Below are positions 1 to 11,740 of a stretch of 64,000 nt of DNA, piece after piece. Source of the DNA: Malacoraja senta (lineage: Eukaryota); assembly GCA_038087875.1 (NCBI GenBank), contig JAXLNO010000137.1, positions 1-64,000 of the forward strand. Direction: 5' to 3'. The notes beneath the pieces were generated by a model. The model searched no databases, was not told the origin of the DNA, and saw only the letters and a list, made by a program, of their open reading frames with translations. Within the stretch, counting starts at the first letter, position 1. Every line of letters starts with the position of its first letter. The position numbers and the translations under genes were made by a program.

Positions 1-208
1 AACCTGGTCGTTGCAGTCTTCAAGGCTCCGGTACCTTCTACCTGAAGGTAGTAGGGAGATGAGTGTGTGGCCAGGATGGTGTGGGTCCTTGATGATGCTG
101 CCAGCCTTTTGAGGCAGCGACTGCGATAGATCCCCTCGATGGAAGGGAGGTCAGAGCCGATGATGGACTGGGCAGTGTTTACTACTTTTTGTAGTCTTTT
201 CCTCTCCT
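1..208 (-). mobile_element. Rex1/Babar-type LINE fragment (RT C-terminal region)
   Basis: Near-identical to 40994-41200, which translates on the minus strand as ...LQKVVNTAQSIIGSDLPSIEGIY..RCLKKAGSIIKDPHHPGH..LLPSGRRY, typical of Rex1/Babar C-termini. Confidence 0.75.
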
Positions 209-269
209 TTACTGAACCAATCTACTGTTGTGTGGGGTCTTTCTAAATTGCTGTTTTTTTTCTTTTTTC

Positions 270-413
270 CTCCCACAAAATATGTAATATGTGAATATGT
301 CATTCTGCTCCATCCTGTTTTGTAGTTTGTTTTGCCCAATCCGCGAGCATTGCCACTTTTCATTTCACTGCACATCTCGTATGTGTATGTGACGAAATAA
401 ACTTGACTAGACT
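270..413 (+). mobile_element. LINE 3' UTR/tail fragment ending AATAAA-(CTTGA)n
   Basis: A second copy lies at about 6210-6357. It ends in AATAAACTTGACT(T/A)GACTTG. Confidence 0.5.
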
Positions 414-645
414 TGGAGAGAAGGAATGGGTGGCGTTTCGGGTCGAGACCCTTCTTCAGACTGAGAGTCAGGGGAGAGGGAAAGGAGAGATATGGATAAT
501 TATGTCGGGAGATGTAGATCAAATGAATGAAAGACTTGCCAAAAACGTAACGATGAGAAAGGAAACAGGTGTTTGTTAGCAGTGGACTAGGCAAGAATGA
601 AAGCTGGCCAGTGTGACTTGGGTGGGGAGGGATGGAGAGAGAGGC
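414..645 (-). mobile_element. Penelope-like pLTR/3' UTR fragment with degenerate hammerhead motif
   Basis: Its reverse complement matches the UTR that follows the GIY-YIG-coding segment at 40295-40675. Confidence 0.7.
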
Positions 646-857
646 TACTCAAACCAAAAGTGCCAGGTTCACCACATTTGAGTTGCAAATAGAAATCAGA
701 AGAAAACCATCTAAAAATGAGCGCATTACTCCGTGTGCTATTGTGGGATCTCACTTAATACACAAATGGAACAGGGCAATGGTAAGGAATTGGAATGTGA
801 GTCAGTCATGGGTCTAGATTGACAGACTGCAGACGTAGGAACCTTCAGCAAATCTTT

Positions 858-1190
858 GGGCGGCACGGTGGCGCAGAGGTAGAGTTGCTGCCTCACAGCA
901 GCAGAGAGCCTGGTTCGATCCTGACCACGGGTGCTGCCTGTACGGAGTTTGCACGTTCTCCCCCCCCCCCCCCCACCGTGACCTGCGTGGGTTTTCTCCG
1001 GGTGCTCCGGTTTCCTCCCACACTCCAAAGACGTCTGGGGTTTTGGAGGTCGATTGGCTTCGGTACAAATTATAAGCCTTCCCTAGTGTGTGCAGTGATA
1101 GCGCTAGTGTACGGGGTGATGGCTGGTCAGTGGGGACCCGGTGGGCCGAAGGGCCTGTTTCCGTGTTGTATCACTGAACCGGACTGAAGT
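858..1190 (+). mobile_element. tRNA-derived V-SINE (HE1-like)
   Basis: A box TGGCGCAGAGG, B box GGTTCGATCC, V-domain GCGTGGGTTTTCTCCGGGTGCTCCGGTTTCCTCCCAC, and CR1-like 3' tail GGGCCGAAGGGCCTGTTTCC. Confidence 0.85.
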
Positions 1191-1445
1191 AGCAGCCGTG
1201 ACATGTGATAGCGATCTCCCCACCTTCCCCCCCCCCCCCCACCACCGCGAGGTGAGGCCACCCGGAAGCTGTGGTTTGGAGATGGTGCAAGCGCGCGGCC
1301 TTACAAGAGTGAGGAGATTACAGGAGCAGCAGAAAGAGTGACGTGAAGTGTGGACATGACAAGGAGATAACTGTGTGAACATGTCCATCAGCCTAACAAA
1401 CACGGCAACCTCCATTAACCTCTGAACTACAGAGACTATTATTAT

Positions 1446-1581
1446 GTTTAAGAAAGAACTGCAGATGCTGGTAAAATCAAAGGTAGACAAAAATGCTGGA
1501 GTAACTCAGCGGGTCAGGCAGCATCTATGGAGAGAAGGGAAATTGGCGACGTTTCGGGTCGAGACACTTCTTCAGACTGGT
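1446..1581 (-). mobile_element. Short PLE-derived hammerhead-bearing element
   Basis: Complete short unit, flanked by an imperfect direct repeat CTACAGAGACTATTATTAT (1427-1445) / CTACAGACTTATTATTAT (1582-1599). Confidence 0.7.
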
Positions 1582-1634
1582 CTACAGACTTATTATTATT
1601 GCAGGATTATTGTTTGTTTGTTATGTGTATCTAC

Positions 1635-1636
<2 letters not shown>

Positions 1637-1689
<53 letters not shown>

Positions 1690-1715
1690 GTGTGCATGCG
1701 TGTGCATGTGCGTGT

Positions 1716-1748
<33 letters not shown>

Positions 1749-1841
1749 CGTGCGCGTGCGTGTGCGCGTGCGCGTGCGCGTGCGCGTGTGTGTGTGTGTG
1801 TGTGCGTGTGCGTGTGCGTGTGCGTGTGCGTGTGTGTGTGC

Positions 1842-1882
<41 letters not shown>

Positions 1883-1966
1883 CATGTGTGTGTGTGCGTG
1901 TGTGCGTGTGCGTGTGTGCGTGTGTGTGTGTGTGCGTGTGTGTGCATGCGTGTGTGTGCGTGTGCG

Positions 1967-2010
<44 letters not shown>
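1637..2010. repeat. Compound (TG/CG)n plus (TA)n microsatellite
   Basis: Visible dinucleotide repeats; the source of spurious VC/HT-rich ORFs. Confidence 0.97.
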
Positions 2011-2012
<2 letters not shown>

Positions 2013-2290
2013 ATAGACACAAAATGCTGGAGTAACTCAGCGGGGACAGCAGCATCTCTGGAGAGAAGGGATTGGTGACGTTCCGGGTCGAGACCCTTCT
2101 TCAGACATAGTCAGGGGAGAGGGAAAGGAGAGATATGGATGATTATGTAGGGAGATATAGATCAAATGAATGTAAGGACACACCAAAAACGTAACGATGA
2201 GAAAGGAAACAGGTTATTGTTAGCAGTGGGCTCGGCTAGAATGAAAGCTGATGTGACTGGGGTGGGGGAGGGATGGGGAGAGAGAGGACT
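2011..2290 (-). mobile_element. Penelope-like pLTR fragment
   Basis: Same family as 414-645; starts AGATAGACACAAAATGCTGG. Confidence 0.7.
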
Positions 2291-2453
2291 ACTCAACCAA
2301 AAGTGCCGGGTTCACCACTGCACTGCAGAAATAGAAATCAGAAGAAAACCATCTCAAAATAAGTGCATGACTCTGTTTGCTATTGTGGGATCTCATTTAT
2401 TACACAAATGGAACAGGTAATGGTATAGGAATTGGTACATAGCTACACACACA

Positions 2454-2872
2454 AGGGCCTGTCCCACTTACGCAATTTTTTTCGGCGACTTGCCAACACC
2501 CGTCATAGTCGCAGCTGGTCGCTGACAATAGACAACAGGTGCAGGAGTAGGCCATTCAGCCCTTCGAGCCAGCACCACTATTCAATGTGATCATGGCTGA
2601 TCATCCACAATCGGTACCCCGTTCCTGCCTTCTCCCCACAATGTTCAAACATGTTGAAATTCCTGTGGTGACCAGAAACAGGTCAGACTCTCTGGGCAAC
2701 TACTCACCACCAAACAGGCGTCACCCCGCTCGCGTGGTGAGTGGTCGCCCAAAGAGTCGTACATTTCTCTGGTCGTCGCTGGAACTTCAACATGTTGAAA
2801 ATTTTCGGCGACCTGCTGCGACTATGACGGGTGGCGGCAGTTGCCGAAAAAAAATTGCGTAAAGGGACAGGC
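2454..2872. mobile_element. Palindromic MITE (PIF/Harbinger-like) containing a CR1 3' fragment at 2526-2639
   Basis: Left end AGGGCCTGTCCCACTTACG and right end CGTAAAGGGACAGGC, with long internal inverted arms. Paralogue at 13877-14319. Confidence 0.75.
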
Positions 2873-2934
2873 AACTGTGCGCATGCCACACACACACATC
2901 TTCTTCTCTTCTTAGGCCCCCTTCGGTCATATTC

Positions 2935-4385
2935 TGGAGTAGTTCTGAGGATTGGAGGGTAGCAAACGTAACCCCACTTTTTAGAAGGGAGGGAGAGAGA
3001 AAACGGGGAATTACAGACCAGTTAGTCTAAGATCGGTAGTGGGGAAACTGCTAGAGTCAGTTATTAAAGATGGGATAGCAGCACATTTGGAAAGTGGTGA
3101 AATCATTGGACAAAGTCAGCATGGATTACGAAAGGTAAATCATGTCTGACGAATCTTATAGAATTTTTCGAGGATGTAACTAGTAGAGTGGATAGGGGAG
3201 AACCAGTGGATGTGTTGTATCTGGACTTTCAGAAGGCTTTCGACAAGGTACCACATAAGAGATTAGGATACAAACTTAAATCACACGGTATTGGGGGTTC
3301 AGTATTGATGTGGATAGAGAACTGGCTGGCAAACAGGAAGCAAAGAGTAGGAGTAAACGGGTCCTTTTCACAATGGCAGGCAGTGACTAGTGGGGTACCG
3401 CAAGGCTCAGTGCTCGGACCCCAGCTATTTACAATTTATATTAATGATCTGGACGAGGGAATTGAAAGCAACATCTCCAAGTTTGCGGATGACACTAAGC
3501 TGGGGGGCAGTGTTAGCTGTGAGGAGGATGCTAGGAGACTGCAAGGTGACTTGGATAGGCTGGGTGAGTGGGCAAATGTTTGGCAGATGCAGTATAATGT
3601 GATAAATGTGAGGTTATCCACTTTGGTGGCAAAAACGGGAAGGCAGACTATTATCGAATTGGTGACCGATTAGGAAATGGGGAGGTGCAGCGAGACCTGG
3701 GTGCAGGTGCAGCAGGCAGTGAAGAAAGCGAATGGTATGTTGGCCTTCATAGCAAGAGGATTTGAGTATAGGAGCAGGGAGGTTCGACTGCAGTTGTACA
3801 GGGTCTTGGTGAGACCACACCTGGAGTATTGCGTACAGTTTTGGTCTCCAAATCTGAGGAAGGACATTATAGCCATAGAGGGAGTGCAGAGAAGGTTCAC
3901 CAGACTGATTCCTGGGATGTCAGGACTTTCATATGAAGAAAGACTGGATAGACTTGGCTTATACTCGCTAGAATTTAGGAGATTGAGAGGGGATCTTATA
4001 GAAACGTACAAAATTCTTATGGGGTTGACAGGCTAGATGCAGGAAGATTGTTCCCGATGTTGGGGGAAGTCCAGGACAACGGGACACAGCTTAAGGATAA
4101 GGGGGAAATCCTTTAAGACCGAGATGAGGAAAAACTTTTTCACACAGAGAGTGGTGAATCTCTGGAACTCTCTGCCACAGAGGGTAGTTGAGGCCAGTTC
4201 ATTGGCTATATTTAAGAGGGAGTTAGATGTGGCCCTTGTGGCTAAGGGGATCAGGGGGTATGGAGAGAAGGCAGGTACGGGATACTGAGTTGGATGATCA
4301 GCCATGATCATATTGAATGGTGGTGCAAGCTTGAAGGGCCGAATGGCCCTACTCCTGCACCTATTTTCTATGATTTCTATGTTCT
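2935..4385 (+). mobile_element. 5'-truncated CR1/HER1-like LINE (frameshifted RT pseudogene)
   Basis: ORF pieces [37 protein letters not shown]; tail TTTCTATG; very similar to 43097-44590. Confidence 0.95.
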
Positions 4386-4387
4386 AT

Positions 4388-4888
4388 ATAACCATATAAC
4401 AATTACAGCACGGAAACAGGCCATCTCGGCCTTCTAATCCGTGCCGAACACTTACTCTCACCTAGTCCCATCTACCTGCACTCAGACCATAACCCTCCAT
4501 TCCTTTCCCGTCCATAAACCTATCCAATTTATTTTTAAAGGATAAAATCTCCACCACTTCCACTGGAAGCTCATTCCACACAGCTACCACTCTCTGAGTA
4601 AAGAAGTTCCCCCTAATGTTACCCCTAAACTTTTGTCCCTTAATTCTCAAATCATGTCCCCTTGTTGAATCTTCCCTACTCTCAATGGAAAAGCTTATCC
4701 ACGTCAACTCTGTCTATCCCTCTCATAATTTTAAAGACCTCTATCAAGTCCCCCCTTAACCTTCTGCGCTCCAAAGAATAAAGACCTATCTTGTTCAACC
4801 TTTCTCTGTAACTTAGGTGCTGAAACCCAGGCAACATTCTAGTAAATCTCCTCTGTACTCTCTGTATTTTGTTGACATCTTTCCTATA
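4388..4888 (-). mobile_element. CR1-clade LINE 3' fragment (second subfamily)
   Basis: Minus-strand RVQRRFTRMLPG..YSLERRRLRGDLIE and TRGH..FFTQRVV.WNELP. Confidence 0.9.
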
Positions 4889-6704
4889 ATTGGCGACCAT
4901 TGCTGTCTCCAGGGTTGGAGGACTCCTGTGCGTGACTTTGTTTAACATGGGGAGACTGGTGCACAGACAGCCACCCCACAGTCCTTGACAGATCTTGGTC
5001 AGGATCCAGTGGGCATGGAGTCCAAGACGACGGAGATATATACACACACACACATATACATATACATATGTGTGTATGTGAGTGTGTACATACAGTATAC
5101 ACACACTGAACTTTCCTTCCTGCTTATTACACTGTTTGCAGTGTACTATGTTCACATATTGTGTTGTGCTGCAACAAGTAAGAATGTCATTGTACTATCT
5201 GGGACACACGACAATAAAACACTCTGGACGGGATGCAGAACAGAACGGACAAAGAACGGGCCAAATGCCTACTCCTGCACCTATTGTCTATTGTCAATCT
5301 GGTACAATATTCCACAGAATATCCAGTACATTATCAATTACATTTGTTGATTTACTTCCTCTAATCAAACGTTTAGTTTAGTTTAGAGATACAGTGTGGA
5401 AACAGGCCCTTCGGCCCGCCGAGTCTGTGCCGACCAGCGATCACCCCGTACATTAACACTATCCTACCCACAGTGGGGTTAATTTACAATTTTTACAAAG
5501 CCAATTAACCTACAAACCTCTACGTCTTTGGGAGTGTGGGAGGAAACCGGAGCAACCCGGAGAACATATTAGATAGAGCACAACCACTGATGCACGGGAC
5601 CTTGCTCTCCAGAATCTCACAAGCATTGAATAAATGGAGACAGACACAAAATGCTGGGGTAACTCAGCGGGACAGGCGCATCTCTGGAGAAAGGAACGGG
5701 TGACGTTCGGGTCGAGACCCCTTCTTCAGACAGAGAGTCTGGGGAGAGGGAGGCAAGAGCTATGGAAGGGTGAGGTGTGAAGACTGAAGAAATGGAGACT
5801 GGGTTTGCTCTGACGAAACCATTAAACGTGCAATAAAACTGAGCAAGCGAAGGAGGGGAATTAATTTGACCGCACCAGAAGAAAAGTGGCTTGATGTGCA
5901 TGATATTATTAAATCTAGCCCATAAATCTAGTCAGCAATCAATGCTGATGCCAAGGGTGCTTAATTACACAATGGAAGTGTTTATGGGTTCTGGACGGCA
6001 AATGATAAATGATCAGCTGACAGGCAGCCATATAAGAGGCAAAGCCAAGACTACAGAGTACCTCCACACTGCTGTTCAACCCAAACATACACAGGCTTGT
6101 TATAGTTACAGCAAGAACTCCTATCTCACCTACACTCCTAACTTTACTCTACTATTTTACAGTTGTGTGGTGTGTTTTTAAAAATGCTGGGTTTTCTTTT
6201 TTTTCCTCCCACAAATATGTAATATGTGAATATGTGTTTCTGTTCCATTCTGTTTGTAGTTTGCTTGTTTTTTGCACAATCCGCGAGCATTGCCACTTTC
6301 ATTTCATTGCACATCTCGTATGTGTATGTGACGAATAAACTTGACTTGACGACTTGAAAGAGCTGTGTCATAGAGTGATACAGCATGGAAAACAGGCCCA
6401 TCAGCCCAACTTGCCCACACCGGCCAACATGTCCCAGGGAGAGATAGATAGGCAATAGAACAATAGGTGCAGGAGTAGGCCATTCGGCCCTTCCAGCCAG
6501 CACCGCCATTCAATGTGATCATGGCTGATCATCCCCAATCAGTACCCTGTCCCTGCCTTCTCCCCACATCCCATGACTCCGCTATCTTTAAGAGCCCTAT
6601 CTAGCTCTCCTCTTGAAAGATCAGCCACGATTGAATGGCGGAGTAGACTTGATGGGCCAAATGGCCTAATTCTACTCAATTCACATGACATATGACATAT
6701 AGAG

Positions 6705-7735
6705 TCAAAGAGTGATACAGTGTGGAAACAGGCCCTTCAGCCGAACTTGCCCACACCGGCCAACATGTCCCAGCTACACTAGTCCCACCTGCCTGCATTT
6801 GGTCCATATCCTTCCAAACCTGTCCTATGCCTGTTCCTGTCTAACTGTTTCTTAAACGTTGGGATAGTCCCAGCCTCAACTACCTCCTCTGGCAGCTCGT
6901 TCCACACACCCACCACCCTTAGTGTGAAAAAGTTACCCCTCAGATTCCGATTAAATCTTTTCCCCTTCACCTTAAACCTATGTCATCTGGTCCTCGATTC
7001 CCCTACTCTGGGCAAGAGACTCTGTGCATCTACCCGATCTATTCCTCTCATAATTTTATACACCTCTATAAGAGGAATAGAGTCCCAGCCTGCTCAACTT
7101 CTCCATATAGCTCAGACCCTCTCGTCCTGGCAACATCCACGTAAATCTTATCTGCACCCTATCCATTTTTCCTATAACACGGTGCCCAGAACTGAACACA
7201 ATGCTCTAAATGCGGGTTCACCGACGTCTTATACAACTGCAAAATAACCTTCCAACTTCTATACTCAATACTCTTTATTGACCAAGGCCAATGTGCCAAA
7301 GGTTTTACGACCAACTTATCTACCTGCGACTCCACCTTCAAGGAACCATGCACCTGTACTCCGAGATCCCTCTGCTCGACAACACTACCCTGAGGCCCAC
7401 CATTTACTGTGTAGGTCCTGCCCATGTTCGACATCCCAAAATGCAACACCTCACACTTCTCTGTATTAAATTCCATCAACCACTCCTTCACCCACCTGGC
7501 CAATCGATCCAGATCCTGCTGCAATCATTCACAACCATCTTCACTATCTGCAAAACCATCCACTTTTGCATCATCAGCAAATTTGCTAATCTTGCCCTGT
7601 ATGTTCTCATCCAAATCATTGATGTAGATGACAAACAGTAACAGGCCCAGCACCCAACCCTGAGGCACACCACTAGTCACAGGCCTCCAGTCTGAGAAGC
7701 AACCTTCCACCATCACCCTCTGCTTCCTTCCATGA
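6705..7735 (-). mobile_element. CR1/HER1-like LINE RT fragment
   Basis: GVPQG, KFADD, KCEVLHFG and WNELP motifs across frameshifted minus-strand ORFs. Confidence 0.9.
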
Positions 7736-8472
7736 AGCACCTCATATTTTGTTTGGGCAGCTTACACCCCAGTAGTATGAATATTAATTTCTTTATCTCT
7801 TGTTTTCCATCCCTCCCCCATCCCAGTTCTCTGACTAGTTTCAATGTCTTGATTTACTATTTGTCTGCCTCGTTGTCACTTTCCCCTCAGCCAACAATGA
7901 ACCTTTGTACATTTCCTCGATCATCGTATTCTTTGATCTGTCGTTTTCACATCTCACCCTTCCATATCTCCAGTCTCCCTCTCCCCTGACTCTCAGTCTG
8001 AAGAAGGGTCTCGATAATAGACAATAGACAATAGGTGCAGGAATAGGCCATTCGGCCCTTCGAGCCAGCACCGTCGTTCAATGTGATCATGGCTGATCAT
8101 CCCCAATCAGTACCCCGTTCCTGCCTTCTCCCCATATCCCCTGACTCCGCTATCTTTAAGAGCCCTATCTAGCTCTCTCTTGAAAGCATCCAGAGAACCG
8201 GCCTCCACCGCCCTCTGAGGCAGAGAATTCCACAGACTCACCACTCTCTGTGAGAAAAAGTGTTTCCTCGTCTCCGTTCTAAATCGCTTACTCCTTATTC
8301 TTAAACTGTGTGGCCCCCGGTTCTGGACTCCCCCAACATCGGGAACATGTTTCCTGCCTCTAGCGTGTCCAAACCCTTAACAATCTTAATCTTAACAATC
8401 GACCTGAAACGTCGCCCATTCCTTCTCTCCAGAGATGTTGCCTGACCCGCTGAGTTACTCCAGCATTTTGTG
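7735..8472 (+). mobile_element. Penelope-like 3' end (GIY-YIG C-terminus plus pLTR), interrupted by a CR1 fragment at about 8014-8400
   Basis: KHLIFCLGSLHPSSMNINF at 7735. The hammerhead is split as CTGAAGAAGGGTCTCGA|CR1|GACCTGAAACGTC. Confidence 0.75.
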
Positions 8473-9049
8473 TAACTCCCGCTGAATTACACCGGCATTT
8501 ACTCCAGGTTTGTAGATCAATTCGGCTTCGGTGAAAATCGTAAATTGTCCCTAGTGCTGGTGTACGGGGGTCGGCTCGGACTCGATGGGCCGAAGGGCCT
8601 GTACAGCTCCATGGTTCTACGACTCTCTGCGTCACGAGAATAACAAGTTCCTTCCAAGCCCAAACAGGGTTAATTCTGCCTTGGACACAAGACCCAGGAG
8701 ACCTCATAAACAGTGATGGAACCACTGAGAAACTCCAACCACAAGGCTGTAACCACAGCTCAGGCCAGCGTCCGGTGAATGATTTATTTGACCACAGCCA
8801 CTGACATAAGTTTCACATTCTGAAAACTATGAGCAGCGAACCAAGTAGCAATTTAACCCCACTGATCATTATGTATGCTGGAGGTCTGTGTGGTGACGGA
8901 ACACACCGAACTGCCCAAAAATAAAAGGAAAATCAAAAATCATTCTGTTGTGCCTTTGAACTCGAAAAATGGGAAGGAACAGGCGCTGGTTAATCCACAA
9001 AAGGAGACAAAGTGCTGGAGTAACTCAACAGGTCAGGCAGCATCTCTTA

Positions 9050-9392
9050 CATATCTTACATATAAGATTGTTAAGGGCTTGGACACGCTAGAGGCAGGAA
9101 ACATGTTCCCGATGTTGGGGGGAGTCCAGAACCAGGGGCCCCAGTTTAAGAATAAGGGGCAAGCCATTGAGAACGGAGATTAGGAAACACTTTTTCACAC
9201 AGAGAGTTGTGAGTCTGTGGGATTCTCTGCCTCAGAGGGCGGTGGAGGCCGGTTCTCTGGATGCTTTCAAGAGAGAGCTAGATAGGGCTCTTAAAGATAG
9301 CGGAGTCAGGGGATATGGGGAGAAGGCAGGAACGGGGTACTGATTGGGGATGATCAGCCATGATCACATTGAATGGCGGTGCTGGCTCGAAG
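9050..9392 (+). mobile_element. CR1 3' fragment
   Basis: TYKIVKGLD..GNMFPMLG followed by the CR1 3' UTR. Confidence 0.85.
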
Positions 9393-10433
9393 GGGAAATG
9401 GACAGAGAACATTTCTGGTCGTGACCCTTCATCAGACCAAGAGTCAGGTGTGGGGACACCTTTCTTCAGACATGTTGTAGAGAGGAACGAGCTGGGGGGG
9501 GGGGGGTTGGGGGGGGGGGGGGACAAAGCCTGGCTTGTGCTGGCTGGATAGACAGACACAGATTGCTGGAGTAACTCTTAGTCTGAAGAAGGGTCTCCAC
9601 ACGAAACATCACCCATTCCTTCTCTCCAGAGACGCTGCCTGTCCTGTCCCGCTGAGTTACTCCAGCATTTTGTGTCTCTCTTTCTCAGCTTGCTGAGTTT
9701 CCCCAGCTTCTGATTTTAGCTTTGTTTTGGTTTAGAGATACAGGCCCTTCGGCCCACCGAGTCCGCGCTGACCATTTTGTGTCCATCTTCGGTGTAAATC
9801 AGCATCTGCAGTTCCTTCCTACACAAGTGATAGGTGGATACGAGGTGAGGGGGGGTTTGGTTGGCAGATGGGAGGAGCAAGAGTCAAAGGCTGGAGGGGA
9901 AAATGGGGGGGGGGGGGGGAGATGAAGAGAGAAGAGGCGGTGTGACATGTAGCCAGAGGGTGGGGTATGGATGGAAGGAGACGGGGTGATGTGGGTGAAA
10001 GGGGCAAAGTGGGACATGGATGGGAGATGAGTGTAAGGTACGTCCTTTAATTCTGAGGCTGCGCCCTCTAGTCCTAGACTCTCCCACTAGTGGAAACATC
10101 CTCTCCACATCCACTCTATCCAGGCCTTTCGCTATTGGGTAAGTTTCAATGAGGTCCCCCCCTCATCCTTCTAAACCCCAGCGAGTACAGGCCCAGTGCC
10201 GACAAACGCTCATCGCGTGTTAACCCACTCATTCCTGGGATCATTCTCATGTTTCTCGCGAGCATTCGCAGCTGAAAAATTTGTGCACAAACGTAAACTC
10301 CCAGCGAGACAGCGGCACGAATCATTTTCCCACTCAAGGCTGCGCTGCGTTCTCTATAAAGGTGTCACAGTGATGTTCGTGGCAGAGTCTGTCAGCTGCC
10401 TTCCCAAGGAAATGAGCAAAACTGGCAATGTTT

Positions 10434-10750
10434 GGGCGGCACGGTGGCGCAGCGGTAGAGTTGCTGCCTCACACACACAGCGCCAGAGAACCCGGGTTCA
10501 GTCTTGACTACGGGCGCTGTCTGCGCGGAGTTTGCACGTTCTCCCCGTGACCGGCCTGTGTTTTCTCCGAGATCTTTGTGGTTTCCTCGTACACTCCAAA
10601 GACGTACAGGCTTGTCGGCCGATTGGCTTTGGCAACAATTGTCCCCTAGCGTGTGCAGGATAGCGTTAGTGCGCGGGGATCGCTGGTTGGAGCGGGCTCG
10701 ATGGGCCGAAGGGCCTGTTTCCGCGCTGCCTCTCTGAACTAAAACAAAGC
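10434..10750 (+). mobile_element. V-SINE (HE1-like)
   Basis: tRNA-like head, V-domain and CTAAA-type tail. Confidence 0.85.
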
Positions 10751-10850
10751 TAAAATCTGGGAAGCTGGGAAACTCGGCAAGCCGAGAAAAATAGACACAA
10801 AATGCCGGAGTAACTCAGAGGGACAGCGTCACTGGAGGGAAGGAATGGGT

Positions 10851-10878
10851 GACGTTTCGGGTCGAGACCCTTCTTCAG
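10851..10878 (-). ncRNA. Minimal hammerhead ribozyme motif (consensus core)
   Basis: Reverse complement is CTGAAGAAGGGTCTCGACCCGAAACGTC. Other consensus minus-strand copies lie at 15226-15253, 29350-29377 and 30670-30697. Confidence 0.7.
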
Positions 10879-11302
10879 GCTGAGAAGGAGCTGGGTACGG
10901 AGGCAAGATTGCGATCCTGCCTCTCGTTGTTTCTTATGAGACAGACAGAGCATCCATCCCCAACCTCCCTGGTTTCACCCGACAGCTCACTGGGTGTTGA
11001 CACAACATCTTCTGCACGCACAGGGGCTGCCAAGACGCAGCCAGTAAGGTCAGCCATCCAATCCCTGCCGTTAATGCCTGCAAAAGAATGTTTTATACTT
11101 GGCAAATCGAGACGGGGTTATTCAAAGGACAAGGGATCATGTGCATTAGTGAATTCAAGGCCAAAATAACTACACATCCATTGTCGCCCCTGATGCATTA
11201 CATGTAATTAACTTAAAATGCCAAGAAATGTTCTAAAACCTTTCCATGGCACGTAACCCCTTGATCTTGCAACAAGCTTGGACAAACCACCTGCTTTTAA
11301 TA

Positions 11303-11740
11303 AGGGTCTGGACCCTGAAACGTCACCCATTCCTTCTCTCCACAGATGCTGCCTGTCCCGCTGAGTTACTCTGGCACAGTGTACTTCTGTGCTTTGTAAG
11401 CTATACGGAACCACACTATAAATGATAAGGTAAACCAAAATGCTGGAAAAACTCAGCGGGTGCGGCAGCATCTATGGAGCGAAGGAAATAGGCAACGTTT
11501 CGGCCCGAAACCCTTCCGGGTTTCGGCCCGAAACGTTGCCTATTTCCTTCAGGGTTTCGGTCCGAAAGGTTGCCCATTTCCTTCGCTCCACAGATGCTGC
11601 CTGACCCGCTGAGTTACTCCAGCACTCTGTGAAACGTCACCTATCCATGTTCTCCACAGATGCTGCCTGACCCGCTGAGTTACTCCAGCATTTTGTGTCT
11701 ATCTTCGGCTTAAACCAGCATCTGCAGTTCCTTCCTACTC
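11303..11740. mobile_element. Composite PLE-derived element (fold-back plus 66-bp unit)
   Basis: About 350 bp nearly identical to about 23185-23540, including a spacer of about 55 bp seen nowhere else in the window. Confidence 0.7.

Noticed and set aside
725..775. Weak resemblance of TGCTATTGTGGGATCT..ACAAATGG to the Deu-domain SINE core
   Set aside because: Too short and diverged to support without an alignment.
858..930. tRNA genes at the A/B-box sequences
   Set aside because: Each runs into the V-SINE body and tail, so these are SINE heads.
1444..2078. Long Val-Cys / His-Thr ORFs (also 18391-18852 and 53379-54417)
   Set aside because: They are translations of dinucleotide microsatellites.
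10875..11105. Minus-strand ORF with a plausible splice acceptor (TTCTTTTGCAG)
   Set aside because: No strong donor and no recognisable protein similarity.
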